Part shown: positions 1 through 7,868 of the stretch, in pieces
How the letters are laid out: each line of letters starts with the position of its first letter
Position numbering within the stretch: the first letter of the stretch is position 1
NCBI GenBank assembly: GCA_030614005.1
Contig: JAUWKS010000013.1
Coordinates: forward strand, 38,337-62,336
Source: Candidatus Heimdallarchaeota archaeon
GTDB lineage: Archaea > Asgardarchaeota > Heimdallarchaeia > JABLTI01
Direction of reading: 5' to 3'
DNA length: 24,000 nt
The notes under the pieces: generated by a model
Seen by the model: only the letters and a program-made list of their open reading frames with translations
The model's database searches: none
What the model was told of the DNA's origin: nothing
Position numbers and translations under genes: made by a program

Positions 1-1
1 A

Positions 2-1102
2 GTATTGCTTTTAGATGCAGTGAAAATATCTCGAATAAAAATGAAGAAAACACGCATTGGTGGTAGAAGAGTTTCCTTAGACCCCTTATATGTTGAAAAA
101 GATGTATATAATGCATTGAAACATTTTATTACTGTTCCTTATCATCAGGTTAAGAACATTGATAGAAAAATCTCTTTGAAATTCATTGACGCTGGACACA
201 TTCTTGGATCTGCGCAAGTTATACTTGATTGTGATGGAACAATTATTACTTTTACAGGCGATTTAGGACAAAATGGTATGCCTTTGATTCGTAACCCTGA
301 TCCAATTAAGAAAACACATTACTTGATAACCGAATCAACATATGGCAATCGAATCCACCCACCCATGGGAAAAGCTGCCCAAGAGTTAATCCAGTATGCA
401 AAACACATTTATGATGAAGGGGGGAAGCTAATCGTTCCATCATTCGCAATTGGAAGAACGCAAACACTGATTTACTTTCTAAATGAAACATTTGAGAAAG
501 AGGAAATCGATAAAATGCCAGTCTATATTGATTCACCTATGGCAATAGATGCAACGGAAATTTATATAAAACATCCAGAATGCTTTGATAAAGAAACCTT
601 GAAGTTACTAAAATCAGGTGACAATCCTTTGATGTTTCCTGAATTATCCTTTTCAAAAACCCATCGCGATTCAAGAAGCATATTGAAGGGCTGGGAAACA
701 TGTGTTGTTTTTGCTGGTTCTGGTATGTGCACTGGAGGACGAGTATTAAGTCATTTAATTAATGAATTGCCTACAAGAAAATCTATCGTGTTGCTGGTTG
801 GATTTCAAGCTAAAGGTACTCTGGGAAGAGAGCTCTATGAAGGAGCTAAATCAGTAAAGATTTATAATAAAGAAATTAAAATTCGTGCAAAGGTAAAATC
901 TATCGGAGGCTTCAGTGCACATGCTGATCGAAGGGAACTTATTGATCATATAGCGAAAATTCGAAAGAAACCTGCAAAAACATTTGTGGTGCATGGGGAA
1001 GCACAACAATCATTGACTTTTGCTGCAAACATAAGAAATACTTTACGGATATGGGCGCGTGTACCTGAATATAAGAAAGAGTATCGTCTCAAACCATTGT
1101 AA
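2..1102 (+). CDS. beta-CASP family metallo-beta-lactamase-fold RNase (aCPSF/RNase J-like), C-terminal ~365 aa; 5' end lies outside the window
   Basis: The ORF runs into the left window edge, so the TTG at nt 5 is only a track artefact. The translation carries HILGSA (MBL motif), ESTYG (beta-CASP motif A), GFSAHAD (motif B His) and VVHGE (motif C His). The HxHxDH motif must lie upstream of the window. Confidence 0.85.
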   Translation, partial: VLLLDAVKISRIKMKKTRIGGRRVSLDPLYVEKDVYNALKHFITVPYHQVKNIDRKISLKFIDAGHILGSAQVILDCDGTIITFTGDLGQNGMPLIRNPDPIKKTHYLITESTYGNRIHPPMGKAAQELIQYAKHIYDEGGKLIVPSFAIGRTQTLIYFLNETFEKEEIDKMPVYIDSPMAIDATEIYIKHPECFDKETLKLLKSGDNPLMFPELSFSKTHRDSRSILKGWETCVVFAGSGMCTGGRVLSHLINELPTRKSIVLLVGFQAKGTLGRELYEGAKSVKIYNKEIKIRAKVKSIGGFSAHADRRELIDHIAKIRKKPAKTFVVHGEAQQSLTFAANIRNTLRIWARVPEYKKEYRLKPL

Positions 1103-1115
1103 TAAAGTGGTTTTT

Positions 1116-2891
1116 CTAAACTTGACTCCTATAGACAATTGCATTCGGTACTCCCGCAATATTAGCTACGACTATTAATCCGTGCTGTGAAAAGAATTCA
1201 TGAATGTCAAAGAAATATAGAGTCACTCTTTGAATATCAGTCGTTCGAACAACAACATACGTACCTTTTATTGAGAATTTTTCTAAAGTATCACTATCAT
1301 TCAGTCTCCATATTGGACTTGTAAATTGTGAACGTATGAAAGTAATTGAAATATTTTTATTCAAATAAGCGTAACCACCTGTATACCAAACCATTTCTAG
1401 AACAATAAGCCTTTCAGAATCTTCTTGTTGCCCTACCCAGTACATTGCATTACAGATGCCTGAATTCCATTTCCACATATAGTTTTTCTTAACTAATCCC
1501 ATATACAATGAAGATGTGCTTAACATAACCAGAAGTAAACCTAAAACAACATATTGAAACTGTTTTCTTTTAACCAATTTCGAAAATTTGTAAATACCAT
1601 TAGCAACGAAAAGCATGCCAAGGGGAAGAAAGGTCATTATAAATCTAAATTCTTTATGAGCAATGGATGAGAAAATTGCTAACCAATAGAACATTAAAAT
1701 TAAAACGAATACTTTTGACTTGGTCTTTTCCTTAAAAATAAGTCCAAAAATGAGTAAGAAAAAAAAGATGAATATGAAGATATAGGCGAAATCAGTGAAA
1801 AATCCGGCAAAGTATTGGAACCAGGGAGACGTACCATGATATGCACTATTGCCTTCCACAATATTATATCGAAAGTAATTGATAGGCGAATGAAGAAAGG
1901 TACCCCAAGTAAATAAATCTAATAATCCCTGGAAGAGAACCATCAAAAATGCTCCCCCACAAAAACTTGCTAGAGTTGAAAACGAATTAAGATATTCACC
2001 TCTACTTAGAGGTTCATATGTTTTCTCTTTCTTCTTAGCTAACGTTCTAAATGAAATAGCTATTTTTCTGCAAACATCTACAATAGGTTTGTATAAAATT
2101 GCAATTGCTAGAGGTATCCCCATAAGAGCTCCTGGAAATCGTATCATAAAAGATAGTCCTAATGAAAGTCCGGCAATTGCAGAAAGAGTGACTTTCCTCT
2201 TCGCTTTTTCATGTCTTATCGCCTTATAAATTAGAAAAATGCTTAGAAAGAGAAAATCAGAAGACAATGAATCTGTCATAGTTCGACTCGCCCAATAAGG
2301 GAAAAACCACCAAGTACCACAAATAAATGCACTTATTAAACCAACGATTTTATTAAACATCTCTTTGCCAAATAGATATGAAACTACAACAGTAATTATT
2401 GAGAAAAGAGAAAGAAATAATCGAGCCGAATAAATCAAAACCAATGGATCTGTTATTCCGAAGAGCATTAGAAATTTATAGACCCCAACAAGTATTAAAA
2501 CAAAGAACCATGACCTTGCTCCACCAAATCGATAAGCAGTGTTGTATTCCCAAGGAATGGTTTGACCTGTTCCATATTCCCCATATATCCAATAATGAAT
2601 CATTTCAAGCGATTGAAAGACTTCATCAGGATGAACAAACCCTTGGGATTCTTGTGCAGCTAAGAGACGAAGAAGAATGGATAAAATGATAATAACTGTC
2701 AAAGGTAAATAATTGAATATTTTTTTGAAAAACGTTGTACTAACAACATCAGAGAAATTCTTTCTAGTGGGCATGTGTTCATTCACTTTTTCTTGATCAT
2801 GAATGGAGAATTGAGTTTTAGTAGGTTGGTCTCCATCGAGCAAAAGCCATTCTCTCCAGTTTAGGTATACAAGGTTAGAAATATTAACCAT
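1116..2891 (-). CDS. Polytopic GT-C glycosyltransferase, GT22 (ALG9/ALG12/PIG-B/PIG-Z-like) mannosyltransferase family
   Basis: 591-aa ORF with more than 10 predicted TM helices. After the first TM helix comes the luminal-loop signature GFVHPDEVFQSLE (HPDE at nt 2622-2633), the hallmark HPDE-x-FQS-xE motif of the Alg9-like mannosyltransferase family. An alternative start exists at M40 (nt 2774). Confidence 0.7.
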   Translation of the reverse strand: MVNISNLVYLNWREWLLLDGDQPTKTQFSIHDQEKVNEHMPTRKNFSDVVSTTFFKKIFNYLPLTVIIILSILLRLLAAQESQGFVHPDEVFQSLEMIHYWIYGEYGTGQTIPWEYNTAYRFGGARSWFFVLILVGVYKFLMLFGITDPLVLIYSARLFLSLFSIITVVVSYLFGKEMFNKIVGLISAFICGTWWFFPYWASRTMTDSLSSDFLFLSIFLIYKAIRHEKAKRKVTLSAIAGLSLGLSFMIRFPGALMGIPLAIAILYKPIVDVCRKIAISFRTLAKKKEKTYEPLSRGEYLNSFSTLASFCGGAFLMVLFQGLLDLFTWGTFLHSPINYFRYNIVEGNSAYHGTSPWFQYFAGFFTDFAYIFIFIFFFLLIFGLIFKEKTKSKVFVLILMFYWLAIFSSIAHKEFRFIMTFLPLGMLFVANGIYKFSKLVKRKQFQYVVLGLLLVMLSTSSLYMGLVKKNYMWKWNSGICNAMYWVGQQEDSERLIVLEMVWYTGGYAYLNKNISITFIRSQFTSPIWRLNDSDTLEKFSIKGTYVVVRTTDIQRVTLYFFDIHEFFSQHGLIVVANIAGVPNAIVYRSQV

Positions 2892-2927
2892 AAAAAACTA
2901 TTCCATATGCTACTATAACACAAGTAT

Positions 2928-2935
2928 TTTATAAA
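2928..2935. promoter_or_regulatory. Palindromic TATA box (TTTATAAA) of a bidirectional promoter
   Basis: Perfect 8-bp palindrome TTTATAAA centred at 2931.5. It lies 40.5 nt from the minus-strand ATG (2891) and 39.5 nt from the plus-strand TTG (2971). It is the only TATA-like element in the 79-bp divergent spacer. Confidence 0.4.
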
Positions 2936-2970
2936 TAATAGAACTCGATATTACATACAGAGGTAGAAAA

Positions 2971-5091
2971 TTGAGCGACTATATACATACTATCAGCTTC
3001 AAAGTTCTCATAGATTCTGAAGTGGTGGATTTTACGTTTAGAGTTCCACGAGGAACGTTGCTAATCCAAGTATTGGATGAACTTGAAACAACGCTGAAAA
3101 TTCAGCCAAGGGTTATTGCTACAGTAAATCATGATGGAGAAATAGTTATTATCGAAAACCATTATTCCACCGTTGAGTACCTTATGCAAAAACATGGAAC
3201 TGATTTTTATGCTGGCGGATCAAGTATTGTGACATTCAATCATGGAGAATACATTATTGATCTAGAAGTTCCAGAAGCAATTCCATTTGCATCATCCTTT
3301 AGAACAGCCTGTAAAAGCTTCTCGATAATGCCAAGAGATGTCTCTATGGAAAGACAAGATGGTCAAGTGATGGATTATGAAATATTTCGTATGCCCACCG
3401 CTTTTGTGCTAAACTCTTGGGGGAATTTTTATCGAATTGTTGATCGCGAATTAGGTGATCCTTTAATTGATCCACCAAAAGCAGTTGAAGAAGAGTCGCT
3501 CACACATACAGAGCAAACTTCTGAAGAAATAAAATCGGAACAAGATTCAATGGTCTACCCACCGAAATTAGATGGTTCTGAATTAATAGATGCAGCTTCA
3601 GTAGTATCTGAAATAGATACTTTGACTGATCATTTTGTTGAATCCTCCTTATCTGATGACCAAGAAAAACCAACAATTGAATCATTAATGGATGAAATAC
3701 GTATAGATAGTGAAACCGATTTAGACGATGACGAAGAGGAGTTTATGACTCAAGCAATTGACGAACCCTTAGCAGATTCTGTTATTACAGATGTTTCACA
3801 CATAGAGGAGAAGGAGGAGGAACCTGAAGGCGTTCCCCTAAGTGAAGTGATTGATTTTGACGATGAAATAGAAGCTTTAGAGGATGAAACAATTGCTGAT
3901 GAAGAGGAAGAAGATGATTTAGAAATTTTTGCCCAAGATTATGAAGAAGTAACGGATTTTGAAGAAGTTGATACTGAAGAACAAATTTCCGATGAATTTG
4001 TTGATGAGGATGAAGAGGTCATTGACGATCTTCCAATTGAAGAAACTTCTCCATCATTTGAAGAAATGATAACAACTTCTGTAATAGAAGAGAAAGTAGA
4101 ATCAGATGAAGTTGAAGAACCTGAGGAAGAAAAAATAGTTACTCAACCATTTGATGATGAGCAATTTATTGATTCAATCAATGATCATTATGTTGAAAAA
4201 GATACGAGTGATCAAATACCAGTATTCTCTACTGATGAAACAGAAATAACCGAAGATGTTGAGGATGAAGACTTAGACGAAGACCCTCAAGCATTGGATG
4301 ATTTGACGGAAGATATGGTTATCAAATCCGAAGATATTTTCGAATCTGATCTCAAAGAGATAGATGAAGTAACTGAACAACCAGTAGTTGCTCCTATTCA
4401 GGATGATTTGTCTTTAGACCAAAGATTAGAGATTAGAAAACAAGAGCTAGTTACTCTTGAAAAAATCTTAAGTGAAGAAGAGAAATTAAAAGTAAAGATA
4501 CAACAAAGGACAATTACCATCGATTATTATGAGAAAATGAATCCACGAAAAATATATCCAATAGCGGTGAAAATTTCACCTACTACTTCACCTAAACAAA
4601 ATAAATTCACTGACCAACTAAAGATTGTACCGATATTTCCAGGTTGTTATGTAACTCCCCATCAAGAAATTATTGAAATAAATGGTGAAAGTGATATTGA
4701 TACAGAATTCACTGTAACACCTCTAATTAGCAAAGGAATAGTAAATGGAAAACTTGGTATCTGGTATAAAGAAAGAAATATTCTCAATATCAATACTAGA
4801 TCAAAAATAAGGAATTATTCGGGTTGCATTGTTAGTAGCATATTGGCATTTCTATTTGGAATTATGCCTTTTATGTTTTTAATATTCAATTTTAATTTTA
4901 ATGAAGCTTTAGCAACTGGAATAAATAACATTCTTTCAACATCATTGACAACTACTTTGTTAATGATTATTGAAATAATTCTGTTAGTAGTTTTCCTTGG
5001 CCTAATGGTAGGGTTTATTTTCGTAGGGAAACCAGCAAAACGAAAAATAAAACGCAAATTTTATCCTGTTGCACCTCAATCTGATGATTAA
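2971..5091 (+). CDS. Hypothetical membrane-anchored protein: N-terminal globular region, ~300-aa D/E-rich disordered spacer, coiled coil, beta-rich domain, 2 C-terminal TM helices
   Basis: 706-aa ORF with a TTG start preceded by GAGGT (acagaggtagaaaa-TTG). Residues ~170-480 (nt 3478-4410) are dominated by D/E with interspersed I/V/F/L. TM helices are ILAFLFGIMPFMFLIFNF and LLMIIEIILLVVFLGLMVGFIFVG, followed by a basic tail KPAKRKIKRK. I recognise no family. Confidence 0.8.
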   Translation: MSDYIHTISFKVLIDSEVVDFTFRVPRGTLLIQVLDELETTLKIQPRVIATVNHDGEIVIIENHYSTVEYLMQKHGTDFYAGGSSIVTFNHGEYIIDLEVPEAIPFASSFRTACKSFSIMPRDVSMERQDGQVMDYEIFRMPTAFVLNSWGNFYRIVDRELGDPLIDPPKAVEEESLTHTEQTSEEIKSEQDSMVYPPKLDGSELIDAASVVSEIDTLTDHFVESSLSDDQEKPTIESLMDEIRIDSETDLDDDEEEFMTQAIDEPLADSVITDVSHIEEKEEEPEGVPLSEVIDFDDEIEALEDETIADEEEEDDLEIFAQDYEEVTDFEEVDTEEQISDEFVDEDEEVIDDLPIEETSPSFEEMITTSVIEEKVESDEVEEPEEEKIVTQPFDDEQFIDSINDHYVEKDTSDQIPVFSTDETEITEDVEDEDLDEDPQALDDLTEDMVIKSEDIFESDLKEIDEVTEQPVVAPIQDDLSLDQRLEIRKQELVTLEKILSEEEKLKVKIQQRTITIDYYEKMNPRKIYPIAVKISPTTSPKQNKFTDQLKIVPIFPGCYVTPHQEIIEINGESDIDTEFTVTPLISKGIVNGKLGIWYKERNILNINTRSKIRNYSGCIVSSILAFLFGIMPFMFLIFNFNFNEALATGINNILSTSLTTTLLMIIEIILLVVFLGLMVGFIFVGKPAKRKIKRKFYPVAPQSDD

Positions 5092-5107
5092 CAGACGCTG
5101 TTAATCA
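5085..5107 (+). terminator. Stem-loop terminator overlapping the stop codon
   Basis: Perfect 10-bp stem TGATTAACAG / CTGTTAATCA with a 3-nt loop (acg). It includes the TAA stop at 5089-5091 and is followed by ctttcattttc. Confidence 0.5.
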
Positions 5108-5182
5108 CTTTCATTTTCTAAATGCTCTAGAAAGATTTTAATATAAACTAAATAAAAAAACAAGAGAAGGTGTTAAGAACAA

Positions 5183-5401
5183 ATGAATGATTTCAACGCA
5201 TTCCTTGGACCAAAAGGTTTACTAGCATTTGCAATTATTTTCGTAATTTTAGGAATAGCCGCACTCGCATGGTTATTCATGTATCAAGAAGCAGACCCTG
5301 ATAGAACATTTCGTGGTTCAGTAGCTAGAGCGTTTTCTGCATCAATGTTTTTAGGATTTTCAGCCTTTCTCTTTGTTATTTGGAGCGGCGTACTAATATA
5401 A
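5183..5401 (+). CDS. Small hypothetical membrane protein (72 aa, 2 TM helices)
   Basis: ATG preceded by GAAGGTG (SD-like) 11 nt upstream. A TATA-like ttttaatataaa lies ~45 nt upstream. Two clear hydrophobic helices. The hairpin at 5421-5438 lies downstream. Confidence 0.6.
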   Translation: MNDFNAFLGPKGLLAFAIIFVILGIAALAWLFMYQEADPDRTFRGSVARAFSASMFLGFSAFLFVIWSGVLI

Positions 5402-5420
5402 TTTCAATAATGAAACGAAG

Positions 5421-5438
5421 AGCGATCGTTTGATCGCT
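5421..5438. terminator. Bidirectional stem-loop between convergent genes
   Basis: AGCGATC-gttt-GATCGCT, a perfect 7-bp stem with a 4-nt loop. It sits between the stop at 5401 (+) and the stop at 5461 (-). T-rich tracts follow on both strands. Confidence 0.5.
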
Positions 5439-5460
5439 AAACTTTAATTTTATTAGTTCT

Positions 5461-6240
5461 TCAATGGTATTTTGCATTTGAGCATTTGTTCCTAGATTTA
5501 ATCTTGATGGAATCAAAGAGCATTGAACCGATATCAATGAATAATAATCTATTAGTTAACAATGGTTTTTCTTTTAACATAACTCTAGTAGCTTCGGCAA
5601 TCTGTAAACTACCAATTAACTGTATTATACTCGGATGAATGCCAGTTTCTGCTGAAGATGGAAGTGCATTATCATCAATATGACCAAATAAACACTCGAT
5701 ACAAGCGCCTCCTCGAACAACTGTCATTACATTCCCTGCTAAACCGCTAACCGCACCAAATAGGAAAGGTATATCGCTTTCTAAGCATTTCTTGTTAATT
5801 GCGAATCTTGATGTGAACCTATCTAAAGCATCAATAACAAAATCAACATTATCAGTTACAAGATCAACATTTCTAGTAGAAACCTCTTCTTGAATGATTT
5901 CAATTTTAACATCTGGGTTTAGCTTTTCTAAGAATTTTTTAGCCGCATTTACCTTTGGTTTGCCTACATCCTTTTCACGGTATAGCATTTGTCTTTGTAA
6001 ATTTGATAACTCAACAATATCTTTGTCAAAAAGTCGCAGGTGACCCACACCTAATGCTGTAAGTTGAGTTGCAGTAACAGAACCAAGACCTCCAGCTCCA
6101 ACAATTGAAACTCTTGCTCGTCGAATTTTTTTCATACCCTCAACACCAATTGTTGGGAGATTAACAAAACGAGAATATCTGCCTGTAGAAAAATTGTTTT
6201 CGTTCAAATCTTTATTTCTCCATAAGTAGTTCTTTTGCAA
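5461..6240 (-). CDS. ThiF/MoeB/UbaA-type E1-like adenylyltransferase (ubiquitin-like/sulfur-carrier activating enzyme)
   Basis: RYSRF...IGVEGMKKIRRARVSIVGAGGLGS (Rossmann GxGxxG), LSNLQRQ motif, and a CIEC CxxC pair. There is no rhodanese domain. The start overlaps the upstream HD gene by 29 nt. Confidence 0.85.
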   Translation of the reverse strand: MQKNYLWRNKDLNENNFSTGRYSRFVNLPTIGVEGMKKIRRARVSIVGAGGLGSVTATQLTALGVGHLRLFDKDIVELSNLQRQMLYREKDVGKPKVNAAKKFLEKLNPDVKIEIIQEEVSTRNVDLVTDNVDFVIDALDRFTSRFAINKKCLESDIPFLFGAVSGLAGNVMTVVRGGACIECLFGHIDDNALPSSAETGIHPSIIQLIGSLQIAEATRVMLKEKPLLTNRLLFIDIGSMLFDSIKIKSRNKCSNAKYH

Positions 6241-6802
6241 GTTTCTTAACTAAGCTAAATTCATAATTGTCAACTTCTTTATTGAAACTAATGAAAAAAT
6301 CACTAAACATCTCTTTAGAGAGGCCATTTCGAATATAATTGTTCAGCTGAAGAATTGTTTCAAGACGATCTGCTTCAGATACAATCCTTGCTTCTATTGA
6401 TTTCTTTTCCTGAAATTCAGCGAAATATTCTTGCAAAATTTTCCCTTGTTCTTTAGGGAGCTTTGCAAATAATGATTTTGCCGCATTTTTATCAAGGTCA
6501 TGTTTGAATGCATCATATTTTTCCGGAGAGAATTTTCTTATGCAACGATTAATATCTTGAGATACACTTTCTGAGAGATCATGAATATGGGCCATAATTA
6601 GTGCTTTCTCTAGATTGATTTCCTTTCCTTTAGCTTTTTCATCAAAACAGATTAGCATAGTTATCATAGTAACAAATTGACTGTGGTCTGCAACACTCTC
6701 TACATCTGAAAGCGGAACACCGGAGTAAATCCAACCACTTCTAACAATTCGTTTAAGGCGGATGGCTTCTTGTAAAAATGACAATAGATTAATTTCATGC
6801 AT
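6212..6802 (-). CDS. HD-domain phosphohydrolase, YfbR-like 5'-deoxynucleotidase family
   Basis: RSGW...ESVADHS...HIHDLSE...D pattern, matching the RxGW / E-x-VAEHS / HD-x-xE motifs of the HD_3/YfbR family. 196 aa. Confidence 0.8.
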   Translation of the reverse strand: MHEINLLSFLQEAIRLKRIVRSGWIYSGVPLSDVESVADHSQFVTMITMLICFDEKAKGKEINLEKALIMAHIHDLSESVSQDINRCIRKFSPEKYDAFKHDLDKNAAKSLFAKLPKEQGKILQEYFAEFQEKKSIEARIVSEADRLETILQLNNYIRNGLSKEMFSDFFISFNKEVDNYEFSLVKKLAKELLMEK

Positions 6803-6861
6803 TTATATCACACATCTTATAATAATTCAGTTTTAATTAAAAATGATTGGCAATTACTTTC

Positions 6862-6894
6862 AAAAAAAGAGTTGGTTGGTAAATTGTTCCAACC
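6862..6894 (-). terminator. Intrinsic-terminator-like hairpin + T7 tract after the PAC2 gene
   Basis: On the minus strand: TAG-GGTTGG-aacaattta-CCAACC-aactc-TTTTTTT. The 6-bp stem starts at the stop codon (6894-6896) and the T7 run is at 6862-6868. Confidence 0.5.
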
Positions 6895-7661
6895 TATGTA
6901 TAAAAGTTGCTCTTTTTCCTTGCTTGTCGGGGTGTTCCAGCAGACATTTCATTTGTCTGAAGTGCTAATTCTGAAAGTTTCTTTTTAATGGATTCAGATT
7001 GCTCAATCAAGGTTTCAACATTGATATCTAATTCTTTCAAGTCATTGATAATTTTAACAAGAGAGGCAGCCCCACCAGGATCAGGGAGTTCAGGTCTTGT
7101 GCCTACAAGAAACGCATAACCATCTATATCACTTATCATGGTTTTATTTAGAATTGCACCAGCAAACCCTTTGATAAAGCCACTTTTCAGAGGAGGAATT
7201 TTCAGCTTCTCTGCTTTATTTTTAATTTCGGGTTCGGAAACCATATACACTTTCCCTTCATCCTTTCTATTGAGATAACCAAATCCATCAAGGGTTATAA
7301 TTTCCTTTGCTCCATGCCCTTCTGCCCACGACATAATAGCATTGGAAATAAAGTATGCTGCTTCTGGAGAAACAGCACTTTCACCAATAAATACTGCAAT
7401 TTTCAAATCCTTCTTCCCCATAATCCGATAGGGATGTCTCAGATACCCATCTAGGAAAACAGCAACAGGTGGTATTGCAACGCCTTCAATAAAACCAATG
7501 GTTTTTAGTTCCAATTTTTCACTTATATGTTGGGCAGCAATCGCTCCAGTTAATCCCATACCTGGAAAACCAACAATAACTGTTTCTACATCAAAATCAG
7601 TTTTACAGATGCATCGAGCATACATCTCACTACTTTCAATTAAACTTCTATCATAGTTCAA
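6894..7661 (-). CDS. PAC2-family proteasome assembly chaperone (PbaA/PbaB-like) with C-terminal HbYX motif
   Basis: VIVGFPGMGLTGAIAAQHI...PPVAVFLDG...IAVFIGESAV is typical of the PAC2 family. The C-terminus ends ...KKSNFYT, i.e. F-Y-T, which is hydrophobic-Tyr-X. TTG start with AGGAG 10 nt upstream; M13 is an alternative start. Confidence 0.8.
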   Translation of the reverse strand: MNYDRSLIESSEMYARCICKTDFDVETVIVGFPGMGLTGAIAAQHISEKLELKTIGFIEGVAIPPVAVFLDGYLRHPYRIMGKKDLKIAVFIGESAVSPEAAYFISNAIMSWAEGHGAKEIITLDGFGYLNRKDEGKVYMVSEPEIKNKAEKLKIPPLKSGFIKGFAGAILNKTMISDIDGYAFLVGTRPELPDPGGAASLVKIINDLKELDINVETLIEQSESIKKKLSELALQTNEMSAGTPRQARKKSNFYT

Positions 7662-7831
7662 AATACATTTCTCCTACTTTTTTTTTGAAATTAAATGTTT
7701 AATATTTCGTAAATATATACTATCTTCTACCATTATTTAGACTTGTTGTTTTTTTTCTTTGTAAAAAACTCATCAAATATTAATAAAATGTTAAAATTCA
7801 GCTAAAATCTTAATATTAAAACAAATGAAAG

Positions 7832-7851
7832 GTCGGAGAATTGGCTCCGAC
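7832..7851 (-). terminator. Stem-loop 17 nt downstream of the methyltransferase stop
   Basis: GTCGGAG-aattgg-CTCCGAC, a perfect GC-rich 7-bp stem. On the minus strand it is followed by ctttcatttgtttt. Confidence 0.45.
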
Positions 7852-7868
7852 AAATTGCTGTTTGAAAA

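Noticed and set aside
3700-4350. GAA/GAT-rich DNA considered as a tandem repeat or microsatellite
   Set aside because: It is codon-level low complexity encoding D/E. I could find no exact repeating unit, and the reading frame stays open and consistent with the flanking domains.
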